From contig NC_014034.1 in the NCBI RefSeq assembly GCF_000021865.1, positions 3,600,001 to 3,632,000 on the forward strand: a DNA stretch of 32,000 bases, written 5' to 3'. The notes beneath the pieces are model-generated. The model did not search any database. It was given only the letters and a program-made list of their open reading frames with translations, and was not told the DNA's origin. This DNA is from Rhodobacter capsulatus SB 1003. Its GTDB lineage: Bacteria; Pseudomonadota; Alphaproteobacteria; Rhodobacterales; Rhodobacteraceae. Shown here piece after piece: positions 9,232 through 17,411 of the stretch (its first letter is position 1; each line of letters starts with the position of its first letter). A program made the position numbers and the translations under genes.

Positions 9232-10494
9232 ATGCCCGCGCTTTGCCGTGATTGCCTTGCCACCTTCGACACCGCCCCCGCACGCTGTCCGCGCTGCGGG
9301 CGACCGCGTCTGCTGCGTCATCCCGAGCTGTTCACCCTTTCCGTCGCCCATGTCGATTGCGACAGTTTCTATGCCTCGGTCGAAAAGCTCGATGACCCGA
9401 GCCTGGCCGACAAGCCGCTGATCGTCGGCGGTGGCACCCGCGGCGTCGTCACCACCTGCTGCTACATCGCCCGCATCGCCGGGGTCCGCTCGGCCATGCC
9501 GATGTTTCAGGCCCGCAAGCTCTGCCCGGAGGCGGTGGTGCTGCGCCCGCGCAAGGACCGCTATGCCGAGGTCTCCGCCCTGATCCGGGCGAAATTCGCC
9601 GCGCTCACGCCGCTCGTCGAACCGCTGTCGCTGGACGAGGCGTTTCTGGACCTGACCGGCACCGCCCGGCTGCATCATGCGGCCCCCGCCGTCAGCCTGG
9701 CCCGGGTGATCCGCGAGATCGAGACCGAAATCGGCGTCACCGCTTCGGTCGGGCTCTCGCACAACAAGTTTCTGGCGAAGATCGCCTCGGATCTCGACAA
9801 GCCGCGCGGCTTTTCGGTGATCGGGCGGGCCGAGACGGAGGCCTTCCTGCGCGACAAGCCCGCCTCGATCCTCTGGGGCGTGGGCGAGGCGACGCGGGCG
9901 GCGCTGGCGCGCGCGGGGCTGCGCAGCCTCGCCGAGATCCGCCGCGCCGGTCAGGATGCGCTCGAAAGCCGGTTCGGCGCCACCGGGCTGCGGCTTTACG
10001 AACTGGCGCAGGGGATCGACCGCCGCCGCGTCATCCCCGATGCCGAGATCAAGTCGGTCTCGCACGAGACCACGTTTGACAGCGACATTTCCGACCGCGA
10101 CCGGCTGGCCGACATCCTGTGGACGATGTGCGAAAAGGCCGCCGCGCGGATGAAGGCGAAGGGGCTCGAGGGCCGCACGGCGACATTGAAGCTGCGGCGG
10201 CGGGATTTTTCCGCGCTCAGCCGTCAGGTCAGGCTCGAGGAACCCTCGCAGCTGGCCGACACGCTGTTTCGCGCGACCGAGGCGCTGCTGCGGACCCTGC
10301 CCGAGCCGGGGCCGTTCCGGCTGATCGGCGCGGGCTATTCCGACCTGTCCCCGGCGGGCGGCCGCGATCCGATCGGCGATCTGCTCGATCCGCAGGCGAC
10401 GGCGCGAGCGGCGGCGGAACGGGCGGCGGATGCGATCCGGGCGAAATTCGGCGCCGAGGCGATCCGGCTGGGCCGCGGCCTGACCAAAGACTGA
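9232..10494 (+). CDS. dinB: DNA polymerase IV (Y-family) with an N-terminal CxxC..CxxC extension
   Basis: The ATG is at 9232. Y-family motifs are HVDCDSFYASVE, SLDEAFLDLTG and SVGLSHNKFLAKIASD. The product is 420 aa. The listed ORF 8842..10494 carries a spurious upstream extension. Confidence 0.93.
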   Translation: MPALCRDCLATFDTAPARCPRCGRPRLLRHPELFTLSVAHVDCDSFYASVEKLDDPSLADKPLIVGGGTRGVVTTCCYIARIAGVRSAMPMFQARKLCPEAVVLRPRKDRYAEVSALIRAKFAALTPLVEPLSLDEAFLDLTGTARLHHAAPAVSLARVIREIETEIGVTASVGLSHNKFLAKIASDLDKPRGFSVIGRAETEAFLRDKPASILWGVGEATRAALARAGLRSLAEIRRAGQDALESRFGATGLRLYELAQGIDRRRVIPDAEIKSVSHETTFDSDISDRDRLADILWTMCEKAAARMKAKGLEGRTATLKLRRRDFSALSRQVRLEEPSQLADTLFRATEALLRTLPEPGPFRLIGAGYSDLSPAGGRDPIGDLLDPQATARAAAERAADAIRAKFGAEAIRLGRGLTKD

Positions 10495-11355
10495 TCACTC
10501 TGCCGCCATCCGGGCATCGCCGCGGATCAGATCGGCCAGTTCGACGAAGACCGCCCCGATCGCCTGGGCGAAACGGTCGAACCCGGGCAGGGGTTCGATC
10601 CGTTCCTCGTCCATGTAAAGCGCCCGGGCAATCTCGATCTGCAGCACCTCGACCCCCTCGGCGGGGCGGCCGTAGCGCTGCGCCACATAGGCCCCGGCAA
10701 AGGGGCTGTTGCGCGCCACCCGCAGCCCGGCGCGGCGAAAGGCCTGTTCGACGGCCAGACTGGTCTCGGCCCGGGCCGAGGCGCCGAAGCGGTCGCCCAG
10801 CACGATGTCCGGCCCCGGACCGCCGCTGGCGGCCTCGCTCGGCATCGAATGGACGTCGAACAGCAGCGCCCGGCCGAATCGGGCATGGCGGTCGCACAGA
10901 AGCCCCGAAAGCTGGCCGTGATAGGGGCGCCAGATTCGGGCCAGCCGGTCTTCGGCCTCGGCGCGCGGGATCTTGCCGCGGAAAATCTCGCGCCCGCCGG
11001 CGACGACGCGCGGAATCACCCCCAGCCCGGTCAGCACCCTTGCCCCGCCCGAGCCCCGGGTCACCCCCTCGATCAGCGCCGGATCCAGCTCGTCCTCGGC
11101 CCGGTTGAGATCGACGAAAGCACGCGGATAGACCGCCTCGATCAGCGTTGCCCCGGCCTTTGGCACCCGCGTCAGAAGCCTGTCCACAAAGGCATCTTCC
11201 GAAGATCGCAGCCGCAAAAGGTCAAGCTGGGCGCGGCGGGTGAAATCGGCCGGATAGAAGCGGCCCGAATGCGGCGACGCGAAGACGACCCCGGAACTCA
11301 GCGTTTCGGGCAGGTGCAGCCGATAGGGCTGGATCGATGCGGAAACCTCGGCCAT
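10495..11355 (-). CDS. N-formylglutamate amidohydrolase family protein (FGase, PF05013-like)
   Basis: The 286-aa product contains FASPHSGRFYP...RSSEDAFVD...YPRAFVDLNR...LFDVHSMP..., which matches the family pattern as I recall it. Its stop abuts the dinB stop. Confidence 0.8.
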   Translation of the reverse strand: MAEVSASIQPYRLHLPETLSSGVVFASPHSGRFYPADFTRRAQLDLLRLRSSEDAFVDRLLTRVPKAGATLIEAVYPRAFVDLNRAEDELDPALIEGVTRGSGGARVLTGLGVIPRVVAGGREIFRGKIPRAEAEDRLARIWRPYHGQLSGLLCDRHARFGRALLFDVHSMPSEAASGGPGPDIVLGDRFGASARAETSLAVEQAFRRAGLRVARNSPFAGAYVAQRYGRPAEGVEVLQIEIARALYMDEERIEPLPGFDRFAQAIGAVFVELADLIRGDARMAAE

Positions 11356-11409
11356 GGGCCCTCCTTCGAAAGAAAGACTACACCGAATTCTTTTCCTGCC
11401 AAAAGGCCC

Positions 11410-11438
11410 TTGAAAGCCGGAACGACTCCTTTTATAGA
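11410..11438 (+). promoter_or_regulatory. Candidate sigma70-type promoter upstream of tRNA-Val
   Basis: TTGAAA (11410-11415), a 17-nt spacer, then TATAGA (11433-11438). This is about 75 nt upstream of the tRNA 5' end. Confidence 0.4.
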
Positions 11439-11512
11439 CCCCCAGACCGACGCGGTTGCAGTCAGGTTCCTTGCTACGGAAGGGGACGCGGCAGCAAACG
11501 GCGAAAGTTTCC

Positions 11513-11587
<75 letters not shown>

Positions 11588-11593
11588 TTCACC

Positions 11594-11616
11594 GCCCCTT
11601 CGGGGGCATTCGTTTT
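11594..11616 (+). terminator. Small GC hairpin with a UUCG loop and U-rich tail after tRNA-Val
   Basis: GCCCC-TTCG-GGGGC (11594-11607) is followed by ATTCGTTTTC. Confidence 0.45.
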
Positions 11617-11650
11617 CAAGGCGCACGTCGCCGCGAACAGGAGAAGACCG

Positions 11651-11776
11651 ATGAAGGTCCGCAACTCGCTCCGCTCGCTCAAGCAGCGTCATCGCGATTG
11701 CCAGATCGTGCGCCGTAAAGGCCGCGTCTACGTGATCAACAAGACGCAAAAGCGCTTCAAGGCCCGTCAGGGCTGA
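11651..11776 (+). CDS. rpmJ: 50S ribosomal protein L36 (41 aa); below the ORF-track cutoff
   Basis: The ATG follows CAGGAGAAG. My translation is [41 protein letters not shown], which matches the alphaproteobacterial L36 form. Confidence 0.9.
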   Translation: MKVRNSLRSLKQRHRDCQIVRRKGRVYVINKTQKRFKARQG

Positions 11777-11799
11777 GGCCGCCTTCGAGCAGTTCAAAA

Positions 11800-11832
11800 G
11801 GCCGCTGGGGAAACCCGGCGGTCTTTTTCTTT
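11800..11832 (+). terminator. Rho-independent terminator of rpmJ
   Basis: A 10-bp stem GGCCGCTGGG / CCCGGCGGTC includes two G-U pairs and closes a GAAA loop. TTTTTCTTT follows. On the minus-strand RNA the G-U pairs become A-C mismatches, so the hairpin favours the plus strand. Confidence 0.65.
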
Positions 11833-11849
11833 GGCGGTCCGGATCAGCC

Positions 11850-12500
11850 TCAGGCAAGGCCGATCAATCCGGGCAGCGCGGCCAGATCGGTGAAGATCTC
11901 GGCCCCGGCCGCCCGCAGCGCCGCGGAATCGCCCTGCGGCGCATAGCCAAGGCAGCGCATCCCGGCCGCTTGCGCCGCCTGCGCCCCGGGGCCGCTGTCC
12001 TCGACCACCACGCAATCAGCCGGGGCAACGCCCAGAAACGCCGCCGCCGTCAGGTAAAGATCCGGGGCCGGTTTCGGGCAGCCCAGATCCTGGCCGGAAA
12101 ACAGCCGATCCTGCAGCCGCGCCCAAAGCGCCGGATGGCGGCCAAGGCTGGCCTGCATCTTCGCGCGCCGCCCGTTCGAGCCGACGGCATAGGCAATCCC
12201 CGCCGCATCCAGCCGGTCAAGCAGCGATTCGACGCCCGGCATCAGCTCTGCCCGGTCGCGCAACATCGCGTAAAGCCGGGCGTAAAACGCCTCGCACCAG
12301 CCGGGCCCCAGCCCCGCGCCCATGTCGTTCGCCACCCGCTGCACCCGTTCCAGCGTGCCGCCCAGAAACAACGCCTCCATCTGCGGGATCGTCAGATCCA
12401 GCCCATGCGCCGCCAGATCTTCCTGCAGCGCCAGAAAGGTCATCGGCTCGCTGTCGACCAGCACGCCGTCACAGTCGAACAAAACGGCTTTCACGCTCAT
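11850..12500 (-). CDS. HAD-superfamily hydrolase, subfamily IA (phosphatase or beta-phosphoglucomutase-like)
   Basis: The start MSVKAVLFDCDGVLVDSE carries the DxDG motif I. The sequence also has SNG...K and VVEDSGPGAQAA motifs. The start overlaps the rsmD stop (ATGA). The listed ORF has a 33-codon spurious extension. Confidence 0.85.
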   Translation of the reverse strand: MSVKAVLFDCDGVLVDSEPMTFLALQEDLAAHGLDLTIPQMEALFLGGTLERVQRVANDMGAGLGPGWCEAFYARLYAMLRDRAELMPGVESLLDRLDAAGIAYAVGSNGRRAKMQASLGRHPALWARLQDRLFSGQDLGCPKPAPDLYLTAAAFLGVAPADCVVVEDSGPGAQAAQAAGMRCLGYAPQGDSAALRAAGAEIFTDLAALPGLIGLA

Positions 12501-13060
12501 GCGGGCATCCGGGCCAAGGTCACGATGGTGTCGCCGTAGCGGCGCTGGTCGATCTGGCCGAGCGGTTCCGGCACGACCGGCACGGTGTTTTCCTCCCACA
12601 CGACCATCGCGCCGGGGGCGATCCAGCCGTTGGCCAGACAGGAGGCCAGCGCCTTCTCCCCCAGCCCCTGCCCATAGGGCGGGTCGAGGAAGACCAGCCC
12701 GTAACCGGCACCGCGGCAGAGCCCCATGGCCGTCGCATCGCGGCGCCAGATGTCGGTCACGCCCATCGCCCGCATCAGCTCGACATTCTTGCGAAGCAGC
12801 ACCCGCGCCGCCGTGCCGTCATCGACAAAAGCCACCCGGGCGGCGCCGCGGGACAAGGCCTCCAGCCCCAAGGCCCCGGTGCCCGCGAACAGATCCAGCA
12901 CCCGCGCCCCCGGAATCGGATTGCCATGGGTGCCGTTGATCAGAAGGTTGAAGATGCTCTCGCGCACCCGGTCGGTGGTCGGGCGCAGATGCGCGGCCCT
13001 GTCGCCCTCGCCCACCTCGGCCAGTTTCAGGCCCCGTTTTTCGCCGCCGATGATTCTCAT
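12497..13060 (-). CDS. rsmD: 16S rRNA (guanine966-N2)-methyltransferase RsmD
   Basis: MRIIGGEKRGLKL...RPTTDRVRESIFN...LDLFAGTGALGLEALSRGA...FLDPPY shows the RsmD/DPPY methyltransferase signature. Confidence 0.88.
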   Translation of the reverse strand: MRIIGGEKRGLKLAEVGEGDRAAHLRPTTDRVRESIFNLLINGTHGNPIPGARVLDLFAGTGALGLEALSRGAARVAFVDDGTAARVLLRKNVELMRAMGVTDIWRRDATAMGLCRGAGYGLVFLDPPYGQGLGEKALASCLANGWIAPGAMVVWEENTVPVVPEPLGQIDQRRYGDTIVTLARMPA

Positions 13061-14256
13061 GCCATCAGCGCCTTGAGATCGCTGGCCATTTCGACCTGTT
13101 CGGGCGTCACCGCCTTGCCCCCCTCGATCAGCCGCTTGCCGATCATGTAGGCGCGCGGCGCATCCAGCGCATCGACCGCAATCAGCCGACCTTCGCGGAA
13201 ATACCAGAACGATTGTCCCTCCGCGGTGCGGGTCACCACCCGGTCATGGCCGGTGCAAAGACCCGCGATCTGCAGCTTCGAGGCAAACTGATCCGACCAG
13301 AACCAGGGTTTCGGCTGATAGGCCTTGCCCGCGCCCAGCATGTTTTCCGCCACCAACTCGCCCATGTCGATCGCATTGCCGACCGATTCGATCCGCATCC
13401 GCCCCTCGGGCCCCGGCAGCGCGGCACAATCGCCCGCCGCCCAGATGGAGGGGTCACTGGTGCGGCCAAATTCATCGACCGCGATCCCCTCGTCGATCAA
13501 AAGCCCCGCCGCTGCGGCCAGATCGGTGCGCGGATCGACCCCGATGCCGACGACGATGAAATCGGCGGGCAGGATGCGGCCATCGGCCAGTTCGACGCCG
13601 CTTACCCGGCCCTCGCCCAGCACCCGGGTGATGCCGATGTCTTCCAGAATCTCGACCCCATGCGCCCGGTGCATCTCGCGGATCGCATTCGCCGTTTCCA
13701 CCCCCGCGACGCGGCGCAGGATGCGGGCGCGGGTATGCACCAGCTTCGCGGTCAGGCCCCGCTTGCAGGCCACCGCCGCAGCTTCAAGCCCGATATAGCC
13801 GCCGCCCACGACGACCAGATTGCGCCCGGGCACGAATTCATCCGCCATCGCCTGGGTGTCGGCCAGATCGCGCAGGGTGTAGATGCCCGAAAGCCCCTCG
13901 GCCCCCATCTCGGCGGGAAGGTGGCGCGGCACCGCCCCGGTGCACAGCGCCAGATGATCGTAAGGCAACCGCTCGTCGCCGATCAGCACGGCTTTCGCGG
14001 CGCGGTCGATGCCGGTGACCCGGGTGCCCACGCGCAGCGTCACCCGGTTCGCCGCATACCAGTCATCGCCGCGCAGCGTAAGCCGCTCCAGCGGCATCTC
14101 GCCCAGAAGATAGGCCTTGGACAGCGGCGGGCGCTGATAGGGGGGCACCGGCTCCTCGCCCAGAATGGTCACGTCGCCGTCGTATCCCAAAGCCCGGGCC
14201 TTCGCCGCCAGAGAGGCCGCCGCCTGCCCGCCGCCCACAATCACGATGCCGCTCAT
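13057..14256 (-). CDS. FAD-dependent pyridine nucleotide-disulfide oxidoreductase, ferredoxin/rubredoxin reductase-like
   Basis: The start MSGIVIVGGGQAAASLA follows GAGGAAG. A second dinucleotide fold is LVVVGGGYIGLEAAA, and the C-terminal part resembles the reductase dimerisation region. The stop overlaps the rsmD start (ATGA). The listed ORF has 60 extra upstream codons. Confidence 0.85.
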   Translation of the reverse strand: MSGIVIVGGGQAAASLAAKARALGYDGDVTILGEEPVPPYQRPPLSKAYLLGEMPLERLTLRGDDWYAANRVTLRVGTRVTGIDRAAKAVLIGDERLPYDHLALCTGAVPRHLPAEMGAEGLSGIYTLRDLADTQAMADEFVPGRNLVVVGGGYIGLEAAAVACKRGLTAKLVHTRARILRRVAGVETANAIREMHRAHGVEILEDIGITRVLGEGRVSGVELADGRILPADFIVVGIGVDPRTDLAAAAGLLIDEGIAVDEFGRTSDPSIWAAGDCAALPGPEGRMRIESVGNAIDMGELVAENMLGAGKAYQPKPWFWSDQFASKLQIAGLCTGHDRVVTRTAEGQSFWYFREGRLIAVDALDAPRAYMIGKRLIEGGKAVTPEQVEMASDLKALMA

Positions 14257-14332
14257 GCTCTTCCTCTGGTCATGTCCCTTCCCGCCCCTATATCCCTGAT
14301 GCACAGCCCGTGCCAAGCGAAGGGAGAACGCA

Positions 14333-14821
14333 ATGACACTGACGGTTGGGGAGAAACTTCCCGCGGCAACGCTTTTGAAGATCGGCGCCAATGGCCCCGA
14401 GGCGGTCGATCTGGCGGCGCTGACCGCGGGCCGCAAGGTGGTGATCTTCGCCGTGCCGGGCGCCTATACCGGCGTCTGCACCACCGCCCATGTGCCCAGC
14501 TTCATCCGCACCAAACCGCAATTCGGCGCCAAGGGCGTGGACGAGATCCTTTGCGTCTCGGTCAATGATCCCTTCGTCATGGCCGCCTGGGGCGAGGCGA
14601 CGGGGGCCACCGCCGCCGGGATCACCCTGCTCGCCGATGCCGAGGCCGCCTTCACCAAGGCGATCGGCATGGCGTTTTCCGCGCCGCCGGTCGGGCTGAT
14701 CGACCGCTCGGCCCGCTATGCGATGCTGGTGGAAGATGGCGTGGTGAAAGTGCTGAACCGCGAGGAAAGCCCGGGCGTCTGCGAACTTTCGGCGGGCGAA
14801 GGCCTGCTCGCGGCGCTCTGA
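14333..14821 (+). CDS. Peroxiredoxin, Prx5/PrxD (atypical 2-Cys) type
   Basis: The 162-aa product contains VVIFAVPGAYTGVCT (peroxidatic Cys context) and SVNDPFVMAAWG. Confidence 0.9.
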   Translation: MTLTVGEKLPAATLLKIGANGPEAVDLAALTAGRKVVIFAVPGAYTGVCTTAHVPSFIRTKPQFGAKGVDEILCVSVNDPFVMAAWGEATGATAAGITLLADAEAAFTKAIGMAFSAPPVGLIDRSARYAMLVEDGVVKVLNREESPGVCELSAGEGLLAAL

Positions 14822-14834
14822 CCCGAGGGGCGCA

Positions 14835-14889
14835 GGGCGTATTTGGACCAAGAAGAAACCCCGGTCTTCTTCTTGGCAAAAATACGCCC
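14835..14889. repeat. Palindromic repeat element, copy B
   Basis: GGGCGTATTT (14835-14844) pairs with AAATACGCCC (14880-14889). CCAAGAAGAA (14848-14857) pairs with TTCTTCTTGG (14867-14876). Confidence 0.75.
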
Positions 14890-14926
14890 CTTTCCGCGGC
14901 CGCAGCCCTCGCAACCCGGGGGATTT

Positions 14927-14976
14927 GCGTATTTGGACCAGGAAAAGCCCGCTGCTTTTTCTTGGATTAAATACGC
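14927..14976. repeat. Palindromic repeat element, copy C; direct tandem with copy B at a 92-nt period
   Basis: GCGTATTT (14927-14934) pairs with AAATACGC (14969-14976). The inner arms CCAGGAAAAG / CTTTTTCTTGG pair imperfectly. The element overlaps the last codons and stop of the minus-strand gene ending at 14967. Confidence 0.7.
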
Positions 14977-16196
14977 TCTTCTTCCCGATAGGGGCCAAGC
15001 TCCGCCAGCGCATCGGCTTCCTCGGCCACCGCCGCGCGCTCCTGTTCCAGATAGTCGGCGACGGCCCGGCGGAAGCCGGGATGCGGGATGTGATGCACCG
15101 AATGCGTCACCGTCGGCAGGTAGCCGCGCGCCAGCTTGTGCTCGCCCTGCGCCCCCGCCTCGACCCGGGCAAAGCCCTGCGCAATCGCCCAGTCCACCGC
15201 CTGATGGTAACACAGCTCGAAATGCAGGAAGGCGTAGTCCTCAAGACAGCCCCAGTAGCGGCCATATAATGTGTCGCGCCCGATGAAATTGAGCGCCCCG
15301 GCCACGGCGCGGCCGTCCTTTTCCGCGACGACCAGAAGCACCGCATCGCGCATCTCGTGCAGCGCGTCAAAGAAGGCGCGGGTCAGATAGGGGCGGCCCC
15401 ATTTCCGCGCCCCGGTATCCAGATAAAAGGCCCACATCGCCTCCCAGTGGCGGTCCTCGATCGCCGCGCCGGTCAGGGCCCGGATCGTGCCGCCAAAATC
15501 CTGCGCCCGCGTGCGCTCCTTGCGCAAAGCCTTGCGCTTGCGCGAGGCGAGCGTGGCCAGGAAATCCTCGTATCCGCCATAGCCGCGATTTTCCCAATGA
15601 AACTGCACGCCGGTGCGGTGCAGCCAGCCTGCCGAGCTGGCCGCTCCGGCCTCGGCCTCGGTGCAAAAGGTCAGATGCGCCGAGGAATGGCCCCCCCGCC
15701 GCGTCAGTTCCGCCATCGCCTGCAACAGCGCCGCCTGCCCGATCTCCTCCTGCCCCGGACGGCACAAAAGCCGCCGCCCGGTGACCGGGGTGAAGGGCAC
15801 GGCGCCCTGCAATTTCGGATAATAGCTGCCGCCCGCGCGATGCCAGGCCTCGGCCCAGGCATGATCGAAGACATATTCGCCCTGCGAATGGCTTTTTCGG
15901 TAAAAGGGCGCGACGGCGATCACCGCCCCCGCATGCCGCGCCAGCAGATGATGCGGCGTCCAGCCCGTGCCCGGCCCGACCGAGCCGGAAGCCTCGAGCG
16001 CCGCAAGGAAGCGATGCGTGGTGAACGGATCGCGGGGGCGGCCGCCATCCGCGGCCTCGGGGCAGGCGCAGGCATCCCATTCCGCCGCCGGAACCGAGGA
16101 AATCCCTGCCAGAACGTTGACTTCGACGCTGTCCAAGAGCTTCCCCCCGCATCTTTCCCCAAAGGTGGGGCGCAGGGGGAAAGGGTCAAGCTTCAT
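14967..16196 (-). CDS. FemAB-like/GNAT-fold protein of the DUF482 (COG3146) family
   Basis: The 409-aa product contains PAAEWDAC...DPFTTHRFL.ALE.SGS...GW.P.HL...YGRYWG...HFE.CYYQ..., which matches the family pattern as I recall it. The start is uncertain. The ATG at 16196 overlaps the upstream gene by 11 nt. An alternative is the TTG at 16136, which follows GGGGGAAG. Confidence 0.75.
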   Translation of the reverse strand: MKLDPFPLRPTFGERCGGKLLDSVEVNVLAGISSVPAAEWDACACPEAADGGRPRDPFTTHRFLAALEASGSVGPGTGWTPHHLLARHAGAVIAVAPFYRKSHSQGEYVFDHAWAEAWHRAGGSYYPKLQGAVPFTPVTGRRLLCRPGQEEIGQAALLQAMAELTRRGGHSSAHLTFCTEAEAGAASSAGWLHRTGVQFHWENRGYGGYEDFLATLASRKRKALRKERTRAQDFGGTIRALTGAAIEDRHWEAMWAFYLDTGARKWGRPYLTRAFFDALHEMRDAVLLVVAEKDGRAVAGALNFIGRDTLYGRYWGCLEDYAFLHFELCYHQAVDWAIAQGFARVEAGAQGEHKLARGYLPTVTHSVHHIPHPGFRRAVADYLEQERAAVAEEADALAELGPYREEERI

Positions 16197-16944
16197 AGCC
16201 CTCGAAGGTGATGTTATGCGCGATCTTGCGCGCTTCGGCCTCGGCCTTTGGCGTGCGGATCGTCCAGCACAGGATCGCCGCGCCCTGCGCCTTCAGCGTC
16301 GCGACCCGGGCCGAGCCCAGATCCGCCGCCTCGTGCGAAATGAAGGACGCCCCCACCCGCTCGTAATCGGGAATGCCCGCCAGATGCGCGCGCACCTTGG
16401 CGGGCAAAAGCGGCCAGTCGGCGGCGGTATAGGCCGAGGTCGTCAGCCCCACCGGCACGCCGGGCAGGTGCCGGTGAAAGGCCGCCACCGCATGCGGGTT
16501 GAAGGACATCACCGCGACCGGCCCGGCATAGCCCGCCAGAACCTGCGCGGTGGCGGCCTCGAGCGGGCCGACATCGGGGCCCATCGCGCCATCCTGATCC
16601 TTGATCTCGATCAGCAGCGGCACCCGGCCCGCGACGATCTCCAGCACCTCGGCCAACGTCGGAATACCCTCGTCCCCGCCCGAAAGCGGGATCTCGGCCA
16701 GTTCCGCCGCACTCAACCCGCGCAGCCGGCCCGGAACTCCGGTCAGGCGGCGCAGGTCGTAATCGTGAAACACCATCGGCACCCCATCGGCCGAGGGCTG
16801 CAGGTCGATCTCGATGCCGTAGCCCGCAGCCACCGCCGCCCGCACCGCGGCGCGGCTGTTTTCCGGCCGCCCGGCGGCACGGTCATGCAACGCGCGATGC
16901 GCGATCGGACGGGTCAGGAAAGCCGCGGGCAGGGGCTGCATCAT
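16186..16944 (-). CDS. Glycerophosphodiester phosphodiesterase (GDPD) family protein
   Basis: The start is MMQPLPAAFLTRPIAHRALHD, and the sequence continues ENSRAAVRAAV.AGYGIEIDLQ...DGVPMVFHDYDL. The start overlaps the RidA stop (ATGA). The listed ORF carries 84 spurious upstream codons. Confidence 0.85.
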   Translation of the reverse strand: MMQPLPAAFLTRPIAHRALHDRAAGRPENSRAAVRAAVAAGYGIEIDLQPSADGVPMVFHDYDLRRLTGVPGRLRGLSAAELAEIPLSGGDEGIPTLAEVLEIVAGRVPLLIEIKDQDGAMGPDVGPLEAATAQVLAGYAGPVAVMSFNPHAVAAFHRHLPGVPVGLTTSAYTAADWPLLPAKVRAHLAGIPDYERVGASFISHEAADLGSARVATLKAQGAAILCWTIRTPKAEAEARKIAHNITFEGYEA

Positions 16945-17402
16945 TCGACCTCGAAGATCGCTTCGATCTCGACCGCGACGCCGAAGGGCAGCGAGGCCGC
17001 CGAGACGGCGGAACGCGCGTGACGACCGGCCTCGCCGAAGACCTCGACCATCAGATCGGAACAGCCGTTCACCACCTTGGGCTGGTCGGTGAAATCGACG
17101 GTCGAATTGACGAAGCCCACCAGCTTCACCACCCGCTTGATCTTGTCCAGATCGCCCACCGCGGCGCGGGCCTGCGCGATCAGCGCCAGACCGCAACGAC
17201 GCGCGGCGGCGGCGCCCTCTTCCACGCTCATGTCGGCGCCCAGCTTGCCCTTGATGAAGCCGTCCGGCCCCGAGGAGACCTGCCCCGAAACGAAGATCTG
17301 ATTGCCGGTGCGGACAAAGGGCACGTAATTCGCGGCGGGCGCGGGGGCGTCGGGAAGCGTGATGTTGAGCGCGCTCAGACGCGCTTCGATTGCGGATGCC
17401 AT
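16941..17402 (-). CDS. RidA/YjgF/UK114 family protein
   Basis: The 153-aa product contains NYVPFVRTGNQIFVSGQ...KVVKLVGFVNS...ARSAV....LPFGVAVEIEAIFEV. Confidence 0.88.
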   Translation of the reverse strand: MASAIEARLSALNITLPDAPAPAANYVPFVRTGNQIFVSGQVSSGPDGFIKGKLGADMSVEEGAAAARRCGLALIAQARAAVGDLDKIKRVVKLVGFVNSTVDFTDQPKVVNGCSDLMVEVFGEAGRHARSAVSAASLPFGVAVEIEAIFEVE

Positions 17403-17411
17403 GAAGTCCTC

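Noticed and set aside
10492-10497. The convergent dinB and FGase-family genes end with abutting stop codons (TGA then TCA) and no intergenic base or terminator.
   Set aside because: This is real but unremarkable in compact genomes. No structure or extra element explains it, and there is nothing to test beyond convergent read-through.
13057-14436. Upstream extensions of several listed ORFs, for example 13057..14436, 16186..17196, 23935..25032, 11850..12599 and 17925..21485.
   Set aside because: The extended N-termini are Arg/Gly/Pro-rich and overlap neighbouring genes or promoters. Internal starts with Shine-Dalgarno sequences restore the canonical family N-termini (GGGQAA fold, GDPD start, IspH MKPALT..., HAD DxDG, SMC Walker A spacing).
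14835-14976. A possible CRISPR-like array, because of two similar palindromic repeats in tandem.
   Set aside because: There are only two copies, they are imperfect, and there are no cas genes. The repeats are long hairpins of the same family as a solitary copy at 9095. This is a REP/MITE-like element, not CRISPR.
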